Assembly: GCF_009834535.1 (NCBI RefSeq)
Contig: NC_045707.1
Location: 60,142,001 to 60,206,000, forward strand
Source: Camelus ferus
Taxonomy: Eukaryota
DNA: 64,000 nt
Direction: 5' to 3'
Position 1 is the first letter of the stretch; each line of letters opens with the position of its first letter. The notes under the pieces were generated by a model. That model had not been told where the DNA came from and searched no databases. It saw only the letters and a list, made by a program, of their open reading frames with translations. A program made the position numbers and the translations under genes. Below are positions 1 through 13,399 of this stretch, piece after piece.

Positions 1-69
1 AACCTAAAGACTGATCAGGCTTCTTAATAGACAAAAAAATAAAATAAAATAAAATAGGAAAAGAAAAAA

Positions 70-410
70 ATAAAGTCAAGTGTGAAACAAAGTTTTAAGC
101 CTGGGAAATAAATGAGAATAATACTATGCCATGAGTAAGTGGGAGTTATGTAAATGTAGCTGGTTTTGGATAAAAAATGATTAATTCACTTTGAGAAATG
201 TTGGTTTGGAGCATTTTAACAGCAGAACATCCAAGTGGAAGTATCTAATGGACAATTTGAAATTTTAAAAATAGAACATGGTTAAGAATGAGAAGTTACT
301 GTATAGTGCCGGGAGTCTTCCACTTCTTAGAGAACTGTAGCCTCGTAGATGAGCTCATTACGATCAAAGAGTGGGATAAAAAAGATACATCATCGAAAAA
401 GTTGAAGAAG
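70..410 (-). mobile_element. L2 LINE fragment (continues ~885-1080 after the Tigger1 insertion)
   Basis: Degenerate antisense L2 motifs (ttcactttgagaaatgttggtttggag; catccaagtggaagtatctaatggacaatttg; tgtgttaaatgtcatggagagatcag); approximate ends. Confidence 0.6.
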
Positions 411-412
411 TA

Positions 413-883
413 CCAGCCTCTCAGAGATACTGCAGGTTCACCGAAAAGCAAATATTGCAATATAGTGAGTCACTCAAATTTTTTGGCTTCCCAGGCACAA
501 ACAGAAGTTATGTTTATGCTATCCTCTAGCCTATTAAGTGTGCAATATCATTATGTCTAAAAAACAATGCATATATCTCAATTAAACTACTTTATTGCTA
601 AAAAATGCTAACCATCACCTGAGCCTTCCTTAAGTTGTAATCTTTTTGCAGCAATAACATCAAAGATCACAGATCACCATAACAATATAGTAATACTTTT
701 ACAAGTTCAAAATATCACGAGAATTACCAAAATGAGACAGAGATGTGAAGTAAGCAAATGCTGTTGGAAAAGTGACTCCGATAGACTTGCTCGATGCAGA
801 GTTGCCTCAAACCTTCAATTTGTAAGAAACAAAATACCTGAGAAGCAAAATAAAGCAAAGCATAATAAAACGAGGTATGCCTG
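413..883 (-). mobile_element. Tigger1 internally deleted (non-autonomous) DNA transposon
   Basis: Right end ...aaaacgaggtatgcctg|ta is the Tigger1 TIR plus TA; left end ta|ccagcctctcagagatactgcaggttc is a degenerate TIR; both halves match the termini of the long copy at 33870-36736. Confidence 0.9.
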
Positions 884-3159
884 TATGGTCAGAAGGACAG
901 TCGTGTAGTGTTGACTTGGAAGTGGAAAAGAATGTCAGTGTAACAGAAATCTGTAGAGAAAGAACATGGAAAACCTAAACTAGAAAACCATCCATTCAAG
1001 TGGATGGATGTCAACTGTGTTAAATGTCATGGAGAGATCAGAGGAAACAGAGTCTAAAAATAAACCCTTGGATTTTAAACAAAGGAAAAAAGTATAACTA
1101 TTTGTGAGCCAATCTTGCACTGGGTGCTTTTACTTACATGAACTGTTTTAAGGAGAAAAGTTCAGCAGTGTCCCTGGATGTGGTGACCAAACAGAGAATT
1201 CTGACAGGGCAAGAACAGAGCAACATGAAGTGAGGACTCAGGGGATCAGTGGGGGTCAAGCTGGATTCTCTCCTAATCAAGATGGAACAATCTCTACTTG
1301 CTTGGAATCAGGGAGGAAGAAACCCGTAGGGAGAGAGACTGGAGGGATTACGGTCAAAGCTAAAGACTGCAATGGTATATGCTGAACAGTTGAAGTTTTA
1401 GCATTAATTAGCAATAATGAGCAATTTTATATTCTCTATCAAAGCGTTAATTTTGTTTAATTATGCATGGAATGAGTCTGTTTCTGTATCGGCTCTCCTT
1501 GTCTCCCTGCCCTTTGCTTTTATGGCTTTGCATTTTTAAAAACAGTCTTTTCCATTTCACTATACCCTTGTGAACAGTTAACTAGTTTTACCAAGAAATA
1601 TACATTTTGAGTAATCAGCTTAATTGTTGACCCAATCACACATTTATAAATTATTAAAAAAAAATTCACCAGGGAATTTCAAATCATCCCTAAAAATCAA
1701 CCAGATGTTGCTCACATAGTTTATTGTAATAAATTGTTTAAGCTTTTAACTCATAGCAGTGACACTCCTGCTTCCTTCAAATCGTCTTGCCTCATTAGAC
1801 ATTGGATGTATTCTCAAAACTGCATAAATGTATCTGTGAAGCAGGATAACTACCAAAAAGGAATTTCCTCATTTCTTGTGTTACTGAGATCTTCCAAATA
1901 CCAAGTATTATCGTGCAATATTCTAAACTGGCGGTCTATTTCCTGTATTCAGAGCAATATAATCTTATCTAAACCAAACGACAAGTACCTTCCAGTGCCT
2001 GTCATTCCTCTAAGCACCAGCAACCCAGTTCTCTAGGACTGAGAACCAGTCTCAGCTGCATCAGCTGTTCCCTCGGCATCCCTTGGCTAACCTCCCATGC
2101 CTAAATGTCCCTTGGGCAGGATAAAATTTCAATGTGATAGGATATCATTTTTCTCTTACGATTAAATCCCATCCTAGACATGCAGCTACAAAAGCAACTT
2201 CATCTCTTGCCCAACAGCTAGCCACTTATGGGTGATGATTACTAAGTACAGTTACTCCCCCAGAAATAAGAAGCAGAGACTGAAATGAATCACACGTGGG
2301 TATCTCCCTACTGACACACAAGGAGGTTAAGTGGGCTGAAAAGAAAAAAAAAAAAAAAGAAATAGCTATTGATTTCACATCAAATAGAAAGCAGAGCAAA
2401 ATTCAGTCATCAAGAACCACAAACCAATCTAGTCTTTGTTAGACAAAAGAACTAAAAATAATTGAAAATAATAAAATTATTCAAACAACGTCAATAAAGA
2501 TATATTACATTTAAATTCAAGCTGACTTTCCTGAAATAAAAAAGGAGAAAATGCAAGTGAAGTAATAATTGTCACAGTATTTTAAAAGAAATAACCTATG
2601 GCTATTTCATGAGCTTGTTGAAAGACTCTCATGAGCTGTTGATGTATGTGAAGCTACTTAGAAAATTATAAAAGCACTAAATAAATGTTATTCTGAGCAT
2701 TTGAAAATCCAAGATATAATTATTAAACGGTCGTTGCTACAAGCCCCAGTTGAGCATAGGCTAGTTGTCAAATCCACTCTAAATAAATGTTAAAATGTTT
2801 AGAGGTACTTACAATGATATTCATAAGGTTTACGTGTAAAATTAATTCCAGAAATCTGCTGGTCAATGCTTAAGGATAAGCAGATGTCAATTGTGGAACA
2901 TTACTATTTAGAAGCTGGTAAACCTAGACATTTTCTAGGAATACAAATTTCAGAGGTAAAATTTTTTCTTCTTGTCATTGCAAAATTATTCACCAAATGT
3001 CACGCAAAGTCGAAAAAAAAAATTGAAAAAGAAAACCCTTTGTTACAATCTCCCTATTATGTCTCTCCTGAAGTATTAATGTCAAATAATTATAAGATTC
3101 TTTTGTGTTCTTCTTCAGTAACACAAATTATAGGCAAAGAGTTCAAAATACTCTAAAGT

Positions 3160-3325
3160 AGTGCTTCTCAAATTTAATGTGCATACAAATCACTGAGGGA
3201 TATTGTCAAAATGCAGATCCTGATTCAGTAAGTCTGGGCTGGGGCCTGAGGACCTGAGATTCTGCGTTTCCAATAAGCTCTCAAGTAATGTCAGTGCAGC
3301 TGGTCCAGGGTCATACTTCAAGTCT
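3160..3325. mobile_element. MER5A-like hAT-Charlie MITE
   Basis: agtgcttctcaaattt...aaaatgcagatcctgattcagtaagtctggg...gagattctgcgtttccaataagctc typical MER5A core. Confidence 0.8.
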
Positions 3326-3334
3326 AAAAAAGGT

Positions 3335-3811
3335 ATCAAGTTTCCACATTAGGAACAGAATCATCCTATCCTGTACATAAATGAGAGAGGGAGAGAGAAT
3401 GATTGATTATAAGGAATTGACTCACACAATTATAGAGGCTAAGAAGTTGGGTCTTCAGTTGCAAGCTGGAGACCTGGGAGAACCAATGGTGTGGTTCCAG
3501 TCCAAAAGCCTGCAGGCTTGAGACCCAAGAAGAGCCAACATTTCAGTCTGAGTCCAAAATTAGGAAAAGACTGATGCACCAGCTCCAGCAGAAAGTACCC
3601 TCCTTGTACTAGCAGGAAGGTCAGGCTTTTCATTCTAGACCTTCAACTGACTAGATGAGGGTCACCCTCATTAGGAAAGGCAATCTGCTTTACTCACATC
3701 CGAAGTTAAACATTCAAAAACATTCTCACAGACACATCCGGAATAATGTCTGACCAACTAGCTGGCCACCCCATGGCCCAGTCAAGTGGACACATAAGAT
3801 CAGTCATTTCA
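3335..3811 (-). mobile_element. MLT2-family (ERVL) solo LTR
   Basis: ttataaggaattgactcacacaattatagaggctaagaag...gcaagctggagacctgggagaacc...ggcccagtcaagtggacacataagat matches antisense MLT2. Confidence 0.85.
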
Positions 3812-4277
3812 AGGGCTATTACTACTCTAACATATATGTTCTTTGTTTCAATCAAGTATTGATAATCTAAAATAATTCCAGAGAACTTACTTCAAAGCCC
3901 TAATTTTCTTATAAGTTAAGGAGACAAGTAGCATAGATTGATTGTTTCCTGCCTTTAGAGGCAATAAAAATAACCCTTTTTATTGAAAGAAGGTGACATT
4001 TATCTCAAAAATTCAATTTTTAAAGTAAAGATTGGCCTATATTGCATGTCTTTATCAAAACTGTGTTATGAATTAGTATGAAAAGTACAAAGTTAAGTCA
4101 TCCAAAGCATGATAAGTTTTACAGGAAAAGAGAAGTGTTATTATAAAATGTAAATGAAAATTAAATCACTTTCTCTACTGCACGACTGCTTAGTCTTTAA
4201 CATGCTAATTATTAGCATCTCTAGATACTAGTGGGTAGACCTATATATCCTTCTGTGTATGCCAAGAGGGAAATATA

Positions 4278-4954
4278 TCCAATTTCATTGAATCTAAAAT
4301 GCCACCTAATGTTAAGACATATCATTTTAAGTACCACTAAATAGGAAATAATGACATCAGTTAAATATGACACAATGTTCTGTGAGTCACTTATGATTTT
4401 TTAAATACTTACTGAGTTCTTGTAGATTGAAAGGTAGATTTAATCATACATCACTCACTTGCATATATAAAAAGGAAAATATGAATAAAAGGACACTGAT
4501 TAGAGTATCAACAAAATTTCTTCACATTCAGCCTGACCCTTCTAAATCACTTTTCAACTGAGTTTCACTGTCATTTTCCCTCTGTGCCACCTAGAGCACT
4601 GACAATGCAGGGTTTCTTCAGTGTTTCACTATTGTCTCTAGAATATTCTTCGAAGCCACTTATGCCTATTCTAGAAGTTTTGATGTTGCCGCTTTTTTGA
4701 TCAAAGGTGTCAAAGAAGGTTTCAGAGGCCAGTCATGTCTTCACATGGTCTGGAAATGGACTCAAATGTCCAGAGGCTGTCATTTTCCAGTTTGGTACCA
4801 GTAGTAAAAGCTAAGCTTGCCCATGTGTAGGCAAGGACAGCTACATCACACCTGCTACCTCGCTGACAGCATTTGTAAGATAAAGCTTGAATTCAGAGAT
4901 GTTAAAATTGAAAACACACACATACACGTTATCTCAAAATCAATGGAAATATCG
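4278..4954 (-). mobile_element. Tc2-group (Kanga/MER104-related) DNA transposon remnant with transposase C-terminal fragment
   Basis: Ends resemble MER104 (atttcattgaatctaaaatgcc...; ttcagagatgttaaaattg...aatcaatggaaata); minus strand ~4660-4575 translates, with a frameshift, VASKNILETIVKH/KKPCIVSALGGTEG, like the pogo/Tc2 AWxxI..SFKKCxIxNALDGTE motif. Confidence 0.7.
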
Positions 4955-5375
4955 TTATTCCTAAACTTGTTTAACCACAGAAAAATCCCTCACTTTTTAA
5001 AGAACTATCTCAAGGAACTAGTGTTTCATGAATCTTATTTTTGAAAAATATTCCCTTAATGTATTCCTTCTCTATACCGCGTTACCCTTTGGCATAAGCT
5101 GATTTAAATGACTTATTTTTTCTTAGTTTATAACTCTTCTGAACAAGAGAATATGCCCATTTCTTCTCCTCTCTGCCCTCCCCACAGGGTCTAGGACATC
5201 TTTCATTACACTTTAGATGGTCAGTAAAAGTTCTTAGATGAAGGGGCAGGACTGAGCATTATAGAAATTTTCCCAGCCTGCTTCCAAAGCAAATTTAATT
5301 CTTATGTCTGTGACTAAAACTTTCTTCCTAAAATGTCTATCAAAGAATTTCTTGCCTTTTAATCTCATATAAATA

Positions 5376-6133
5376 CAGGCATACCTCAGAGATGTTGAGG
5401 GTTCGGCTCCAAACCACTGCAACAAAGCAAATATCACAATAAAGTGAGTCACATGAGTTTTTTGGTACCTAAGTGCATATAAAAGTCATATATACACTAC
5501 ACTGTAGTCTATTAAGTGTGCAACAGCCTTATGTCTAAAAAACTGATATACATACCTTAATTAAAAAATGCTTTATTGAGACACAAATGAACTTATTTAC
5601 AAAACAGAAACAGTCTCACAGACATAGAAAACGAACTATGGTTACCAGGAGGGAAGGGATAAACTGGGAGTTCAAGATTTGCAGATACTAACTATTATAT
5701 ATAAAATAGATAAACAACAAGTTTCCACTGTACAGCACAGGGAAACATATTCAATATCTTGTAGTAACCTATAATAAAAAAGAATATAAAAATGAATATA
5801 TGTATGTCCATGTATGCCTGAAACATTATGCTGTACGCCAGAAACACATTGTAAACTGACTATGCTTCAATTAAAAAAATGCCAAAAAATGCTTTACTGA
5901 TAAAAAAAACCTGTCAAAATAGCTACAAAATAGCTACAATTACATAACAAATATAATAATCATGAAAAAGTTTGCAATATTATGAAAATTACCAAAATGT
6001 AACACAGAGACAAGAAATAAGCAAATGCTTTTGGAAACATGGCACTGACAGGCTTGCTAACAGGGTTGCCCGAAACCTTCAATTTTTAAAAAAGCACAAT
6101 AAATGCAAAGTGCAATATAACGAGGTAAGCCTG
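5376..6133 (-). mobile_element. Tigger1 internally deleted copy, interrupted by a young L1
   Basis: ta|caggcatacctcagagat ... cgaggtaagcctg|ta: both TIRs with TA duplication. Confidence 0.92.
5580..5883 (+). mobile_element. 5'-truncated young L1 3' end (cetartiodactyl type)
   Basis: L1 3'UTR (gatttgcagatactaacta...cagcacagggaaacatattcaatatcttgtagtaacc); 17-bp TSD aaaaaatgctttattga (5563-5579) / aaaaaatgctttactga (5884-5900) at a TT|AAAA site. Confidence 0.92.
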
Positions 6134-6789
6134 TATCTACTTTTCCCAACATTCTTCAGTGATCATTATCATAACCCTATTCTAATGGGCCGATGTTTGC
6201 AGACACTTCATTGTCAAATAAGGATGAAAAAAATCTAAGTTCTAATCACAGCCTTGCCATTTGCTGACCAAGCACATTCTTCTTCTAATCTTCAGTTTTC
6301 TCCTAAGTCCAAAGAAGATAACACTTGTCCAACTAGCTTCACAGGGCTGTTTAATAATCATTAGAAAAAAATACAGCAAAAAGCACTCTAAAGGCTACAT
6401 AGTGCTATCTCTGCTTTTATTATACACATTAAAATTCTGTTCAACAGTCGATTTGGCTTCAGCTTTGTTATTCATCTGACATAAACTATAAGCCCCCCAG
6501 AGAAACTTTATGAGCACTTCTGGAGTATCCTTGCCACCGAAAAATATCGTTAAATAGAAATAGTCCTGAAATTTCCAAGAACTATTCCATTTGAGATAAT
6601 AACCATAAACAGATAAAAGTGGGTCTCTTGTGGCTCAGTGTATCCAGTCATTGTGCACTTCCTGACTATATTAATTAAAAATCAAAGGTTTGCTTTTTTT
6701 CACACTAAAGAAATACAGGGATAATAATAATGAAAGCCTCGACATTACTATGAAAGAACTCAAAGTATAAAATTCTTTGACCAACATTA

Positions 6790-6950
6790 TCTCATTGGAA
6801 TTTTATAAAGATCTGGCAAGTGTTAGTGTCACCATGTTTTACAGATGAGAAAACCAAAAAGCTCCAAGAGGTTTACTGCATGGGGTAAATCATCTTGCTC
6901 ACAAATTCACCGCAGAGCTAGGGTTTTCAACTCACAATGTTAGGCTTTCT
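6790..6950 (-). mobile_element. MIR SINE fragment
   Basis: ttttacagatgagaaaacc...agaggttt core. Confidence 0.6.
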
Positions 6951-6956
6951 CATACA

Positions 6957-7165
6957 TTGGGATCTCTCAGCGTCAGCACCATTGACATTGTAGGCAGGAT
7001 AATTCTTTGTTTGGGGACAGGGGTTGTCCTGTGCTTTGCAGAATGTTTAGCAGCATCCCTGGCTCTACATGCTAGACACCAATAGCATCTTTATGACAAA
7101 ACCATCTTTAGATGTTGCTGAATGTCTCTTGGGGGCAAGTACCAGCCCCACTTGAGAACCCGACA
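6957..7165 (-). mobile_element. MER20 hAT-Charlie MITE
   Basis: cagcaccattgacattgtaggcaggataattctttgt...gcagaatgtttagcagcatccctggc...cacttgagaacc. Confidence 0.85.
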
Positions 7166-7273
7166 TACGTCATGCCACCTTTATAGTAACACTTTCACAA
7201 CTTTTCAAATAATTCTCACATGCTCAAGAATATCCTTCTAAGTAGAGAACAGTGATAACTTAGAATCAGAGGA

Positions 7274-7711
7274 TGTTAACATCCTATGTTTGCCATAACA
7301 AATTAGCACAAGCTTGATGGCTTACAGCAAGAGATTTATTCTGCAGTTCTGGGGGCCAGAAGTCAGAAATCAAAGTGTTGGCAGAGCCACATTCCCTTTG
7401 AAGGCTCGAGAAGAGACTCCTTCCCGGCCTCACCCAGCTTCTGGCGGCTCCAGGTGTCCCTTGGCTTGTGTCTGCATCACTCCAATCTCTGGCTGCATCT
7501 TCACATCGTCCTCTCTGTGTCCTCTCCTCTTCTGTCTTCTATACAGACACTTGTCATTGGATTTAGGACCCACAAGCGAATCCAGAATGATCTCATCTCA
7601 AGATCCTTAACTTAATTACATTCCACAAAGACCTGTTTTGCAAATAACGTCTCTTTCACACGTGCCAGGTGGATGTATCTTTTGAGGGGTTACCATTCTA
7701 CTCACGTCACA
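7274..7711 (-). mobile_element. MLT1C-like (ERVL-MaLR) solo LTR
   Basis: gccataacaaattagcacaagc...cagttctgggggccagaagtcagaaatcaaagtgttggcag...gatctcatctcaagatccttaacttaattaca; ends in ...caca. Confidence 0.85.
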
Positions 7712-9805
7712 GATTACATTTTTTTCCAAGGAATTTAAAACACTTTCTGGATGGATAATCTATCATCTCATTAATTTTACCAATGCTCTAGAAAAAGAGA
7801 GAGAGGTAAGAAAATGAGGCACAAAGAGATTAGGGGCAAATTTGCTAAAGTCAAGGAGCTCACAGACTTACTAAAATAATATTCTAGTCCATGTCCAGAG
7901 CCTTCCCCACTGGGTCTATCCCAGAATGGTGAGAGCACTAGTTGAAGTGCATCCTGCTTTATGAATCATATAATTTACAGTTGAGTTCTGGTGGGAAGTT
8001 GAAAGCAAAAGAGACCATAGCTGGATTTTCAGATTCTTGAGTTTTTTTGTTTTGTTTTTTTTTTTTTACAAAAAAAAAGTACATTTCTAAAATCAACAAG
8101 ATTTTCCAGAACCTGATGAAAGAAAATAAACATGGAATCCCATTTAATAGAATTGTTTTTCAACACATTATTTCAACCAAAATGGGTAAGTGTCCTTTAA
8201 AGTTCATCCCTGTGTGTTGCATGTTAATTTCTTAAAAAAAAAAAACTATAGTTATAGGATCACAAACAGAAATACAGAGCATTAGCTTTCATCATGCGTG
8301 ATATTAATCACACTCTCATATACTGAGACTGAGTCCACAAAAAAACTATGAGATCATGCTCACTTAACAGAGTTTGGTCACAGAGTAATGGTCTGCTGAT
8401 TTCCCCCAAAATATTGCATTTCTTTTTTTTGATACCTCTGCATTTTCATTCTAAGCAACGCTGACATTTTAACCAGAGTATCCAGTAAGTTATGAATCAC
8501 CAGCAGACACCAAATGACTCAGTTATAGAATTACAACCATGATTTATATAAAAAGTCTTTTAAAATATAATATATGATAACTGAATAGTCCCTTTCTTGA
8601 TTTCTCTTGCAATAGTCATATTCTTTCTTCTAAAGTTTAGCATGAAGATGTCCAGTCACTTACTCATTTTTCTGATCTCTATTTATAACTGTAAGCCGAA
8701 TTCACCAAAATTACATACTTATTATATCCGTTGCTGCATGTCCTAGATTTTATTTGAACATTTTTAATTCATTAAAATATTTTTTATTCATATGGTTTAA
8801 AAAAAAAAAAACAGCAAATAGGGGTATAGGATGCAAAGTGTAAATTTCCTACCAAGCCCAAGTTTCTGTCCTTGTCCTCTGAAGCAATCAGTGTTGATAG
8901 CTTTGAAGGTATTTTTTTTCAGAAATATTTTACATATATTCAAGTCTCTTTTTAAAGAAAGCCCTTTTTACTAATGCACAAATCATTCTTACTTAATGAT
9001 AAGAGTTCTACCTTTTTGTTTTAGACCATGGTCTCCAACAGGATTAACCCTAAACTGCCACAAATCATCTGAGTGGATTAAACCAAGTCATCAGATTTAG
9101 TAGGCATCATCTCACAACTTGGAAAAAGATTATTTTTTAAAATATCTTGTTAATGAATAATCCTCAGCAAGATCTACTCATAATATTCTGTGTACTATAA
9201 TCAGCTCACTCAAACTTGATCGTATAAGGGGACTTTTAAATTTTATTCTCAGAGAGAAACAATCTGTCTTCTTAAAATCAATTTCTTGCTTCAAAAATAA
9301 AATATCCCCAGGTTTCTCTATTATATATTCCCAGGAATCACTAAACCCTTATTTTTACTTTGATTTTTCTTTTAAGGGTTGAGCTTGTTAATGGGCTTAT
9401 CTCTTAAGGGAAAAAAATCTAGAGGCACACAGAAGCCAGGTTTAGATTTATGCTAGATCATAATAAAACCACACACTACAAGTACAGAAGCTAACACAGG
9501 GCCTGAAAAAAATTAGGCAAGATTTAAAGCAGGTGGAAGTTTAGCTTCAATCCAATGTCATGAATAGCATAAGAACTATTCTTAAGGTACAGCTTTCCCT
9601 TGCCTTTTGCTGCAGATTTATTGTAAAAAGGAGGATGAGAGGGCCTAGTGAACATTTTATAATATTGTCAGGGTGTCTGAAGCCTGAGGATTCTGTCATC
9701 CCAAGCATGGGTGCCCAGCAGTGATGAGCCAGGAGGTGGGTATCATTAGAAGATGCTGCGTGATATTGATTCCCTCCTTCCACCCACACATGCACACAGC
9801 ACACA

Positions 9806-10281
9806 TGTTTTTAGTCAGATCCTTCAAGAAGCAGACACCGAGACAGAATGACATATTTAAGAAATTTATTAGGGACCCACTTGTAAGAGAAAATGAGGAG
9901 AGGGTGGGAGGGCAGTAAAGCATTGATTCTGGTCTGAGTGGAGAGAGCGGGGAGAGAAGGAAGGGAGGAGGGTTGGGTGGACATGTCTGACTGCAGTACA
10001 TTCTAGGGAAAGTGTGGCAGGCCATGGTGGGTGGGGGAATATAGGAGGTAGGTAGGAAGGGCCTCAAGCGAGAGCTACCTGTCAGAGGAGTCCCACCTGT
10101 CCCAAGGATAGGCCCGCCTTAGTATCCCAGGAGTGCTCAGTCATTGACTGAGAGCAGCCTACAGGAGGCGTGGCCTCAGCACAACTTGGTGATGAATTTC
10201 AGAGCTCCGCATCTGGGACCCTCTGTCAGTTATGCTCCCTGTAATTGATGATCCGAGCAGCTCGTTCTCCTGGCGGACACG
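9806..10281 (-). mobile_element. LTR16-family (ERVL) solo LTR
   Basis: agtcagatccttcaagaagcagacaccgagacag...tttattaggg...gtgctcagtcattgactgagagcagcc...gcgtggcctcagc. Confidence 0.8.
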
Positions 10282-10564
10282 TACCATCTCAAATAAGACC
10301 TATTACTCCAAACATATCTTAGGCTGGTCTTTAGAATCACACACTTAGAGAATTAAACATTTTTGTTTTCAGAATTTTAGCATGACTCTCCAACTCCAAG
10401 ATTGCTCTCCACAAAAATGTTTCCAGTTCTAAACTCTCCCTGGGTCAACAAAACAATTAGCAATAAACTCATCTACACTAAGACGGGAATAATCACTATG
10501 TTTCCTGCTTAATTCTTCTTTAACTTGCCAAGTTGAACGCATCTTTAACTGGTGGACATAGGTA

Positions 10565-11135
10565 AACTTTACCTACATAAAGTACATTATATAAAATACA
10601 CAGGTCTTAAGTGCAAAATTTTGATATTATATACACTCATGTAATCACCACTCTACTCAAGATTTAGACCCCAATAGAAACTTTCCACATGTCACCTTCC
10701 AATCAATTCTAACCTGCCCATAAACAGCCACTGTTCTAAATTCTATCACCAGAGGTTAGTTTGACTGTTTTTTAAGTCTGTATAGTCACATAATATATAC
10801 TTTTTTGCATCAGCTTTTATCCACTTTGCATAACATTTTTGAGATTTATCCATGTTGTTGCCTATGCAAGCAGCTGTTCATTCTCTTTTTTATTGCTGAG
10901 TAGTATTCCATCACATGGTTATACCACAGTTTGCTTATCTATTCACTTGTTGATAGACATTTGTGTTGTTTCCAATTTGGGGCTAATATGAATAAAACTG
11001 CTCTGAATATTCATGTAGAAATTTTTGTGTGGACATATGTTTTTGTTTTGGGGTCAGTCTGAGATATAAGGTAGATGTATATTTACTTTCTAAGAAGAGT
11101 TTTCCAATGTCTGTATCATTTTATACTCCATAACT
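10565..11135 (-). mobile_element. Ancient L1M (L1MB/L1ME-like) 3' region
   Basis: tttttgagatttatccatgttgttg...ttattgctgagtagtattccat...gatagacatttgtgttgtttccaatttggggcta antisense L1 3' end. Confidence 0.85.
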
Positions 11136-11289
11136 TGTGGAGTTTTTTAAAATACTGGATGATACTTTAGGCCTTCTCGCAAATCACAACACTCAAATAA
11201 CTTCAGCTAAATAAAAGATTAACACTGTCAGGGTTAAGAGAAAGAAATAATTTATGTATCTCTTTCTTTTAGTGAAAGTATACTGATGC

Positions 11290-11420
11290 TCTAACACTCC
11301 ATTCTACTGATGAGAAAAACAGAGTTCAGGGAATAGTAAAAGCTTGCCCAAAGTCAAACAGCTGGTTAGTGCAATCAGGATTTGAACACAGCTCAGCCCC
11401 TTCTACAGCAAAAGCAATGG
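11290..11420 (-). mobile_element. MIR SINE fragment
   Basis: gatgagaaaaacagagttcaggg...cttgcccaaagtcaaacagctggttagt...ggatttgaacac. Confidence 0.75.
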
Positions 11421-13399
11421 CCTTTCCCCCAAACAAACTTCTAAAGCATAACACTGGAGAAACCCTAGTTTTAGCCAAAGGCCAGAAGCTAAAAGAGGAG
11501 AGGCTTGAAACGCAGTGCCAATCTCTTCTCTACTTACTAAAGAAAGAAGAGTGAGAGACCACCAGCTCTTCCTCATCAACCCTGCCCCAGTCTATTCTTC
11601 GTTTCATCCCGTTTTAGAAACAGAGGGGATTTGTAAGGGGCCTTCTGTCCACCTTGTTTGTTTTTCCCTCTTCCCTAATCTGACCCTAAGAAATTGTCAT
11701 TGTTATTACCAATTCAAAGATAAGAAAACAGAGGCTCTGTTTACATAATTTATCTATACAAATTACAGATTAGTGTGTCTACACACTGCAGGTTAGTGTG
11801 TCCTTCTTATTCATTAGTTTCTGGCTTCTTGAAAACAGCCTCACTGCCAAGCATTGCATAGACTAAAAGCCAGGCAGACAGTGGACGGGGCATCAACGAA
11901 TGAATGGATCACAAACAAGTTTTTCTGGCTTCAAGTTCAGAAGTCTTTTCTTTAGGCAGTGTATGCTAAAACCTTATTTACCTCAAATTTTAAGAACAGG
12001 AGACTGAATGAGATGACCTCTGAGATTTTATTCAATCTAGAAAGACTAGGATTCCATGTGTCTGCGCTTAATACAAGCCTGATAGGAAAAGAACCAGCAT
12101 TTTTCTCTGACAGCACCTTAAAATTATCAAAAAGAGAGATCTGAGTCATCGAATGCAGGCGGGGCACCTCCTGTGAATAATCAGTGAAACGTCCCACGGG
12201 ATGAAGTCTGTCAAGACACTAAGATCCCATCCAAAGGTGACATTGAACACATTTCCCTTCTCAAACAGCACAAATATCAGATTTCTACTCTTCGTGGGGT
12301 GAAAGTTTCTGGAAAAGTCATTTTCATGAAAAATAAAGGCAGCTTATTTGCATAAATGATAACAGCATTCTGAGAAAAATAGAATCCATAAATATAAATT
12401 AGAGAACAAGAGGAAGAGAAAAAAAAAACCCTATGTGCCATACATATAAATCAATGCTCAAAAATAAGTAAAGAAAGACCAATCATCTCTCAGTCACGCA
12501 TGTAACTCCAGACTGTCCCTAACAGTGTCACACTCTTCCCTTTGTTTCTCTGTCAACCCCACTGCCGTGGTGTTCCATGCCACCTGCTTTGTATCAGATT
12601 AGGCGTTAGACTGGTTAGTTTCACCACGTTGCTGTCCCTGATATCAGCCAAGGGTCCTTTCCTCAGGCAGAAACTCTCAAAGAAGTGAAATCCTCCATTG
12701 CCTTCAGCAAGTAGAAATCACGCCAATCCTATTCTTCTAATCTATGATTACATTTTCAGTCCAGACGCTTAGGCAACTGAGAAAAGTCCTTTTCTTTTTA
12801 TGTGAAATATCAACAAATAAATCATTATTCAATCTATTGCACGTGTAGCAACAAAATTTAATCCATAGGTATAGATCACCATGAACAGTAAGCTTCTCTG
12901 ATATATTTTACATAATTTAATGGAAACTGCAGCTTTCAATCCACTGGGAATATAATATTACCATCTTCGAAGTGTTTTCATAGACACAACACTCAATCTC
13001 CCTTCAAGCTGAATGATCTTACCCAAGTTGCTAATGAAAAGACCTCAAAGGTCCTTCAAATACGCAATTAATACTTTAAGAATAGACTGATTTATCTCTG
13101 CTTTTGGGAAGGCTTCATTCTGTACAAATTATAGCTTCATTCTTCAATTCAGAATCCTGTTGTTTCTGAAAAGAGAATGTTCTTGCTCCTGTGGAGAGTA
13201 GAATTGATCATATTTTTATGCTGGGGTAGCTCCTGTGTGGGTACTTCAGTGTATTTTGCCATATGTGATAACAGGAAATACTATAATTTTCTAACAAGTG
13301 GTAGCTTGAACCAAAAAAACTAAGCCAAGAAGAAATTATATCTTTTTAAATGGACCCTCCACCCCCAATTCCCTTCTTAATTATGTCAATGGCTTTTAA

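Noticed and set aside
5160..5225. Strong acceptor (ctctgccctccccacag) and possible 32-nt exon
   Set aside because: The donor (gtcagt) is weak, the length is not frame-preserving, and there is no other support.
9547..10067. Cluster of 65-123 aa ORFs
   Set aside because: They largely overlap an LTR16-type LTR; chance ORFs in purine-skewed sequence.
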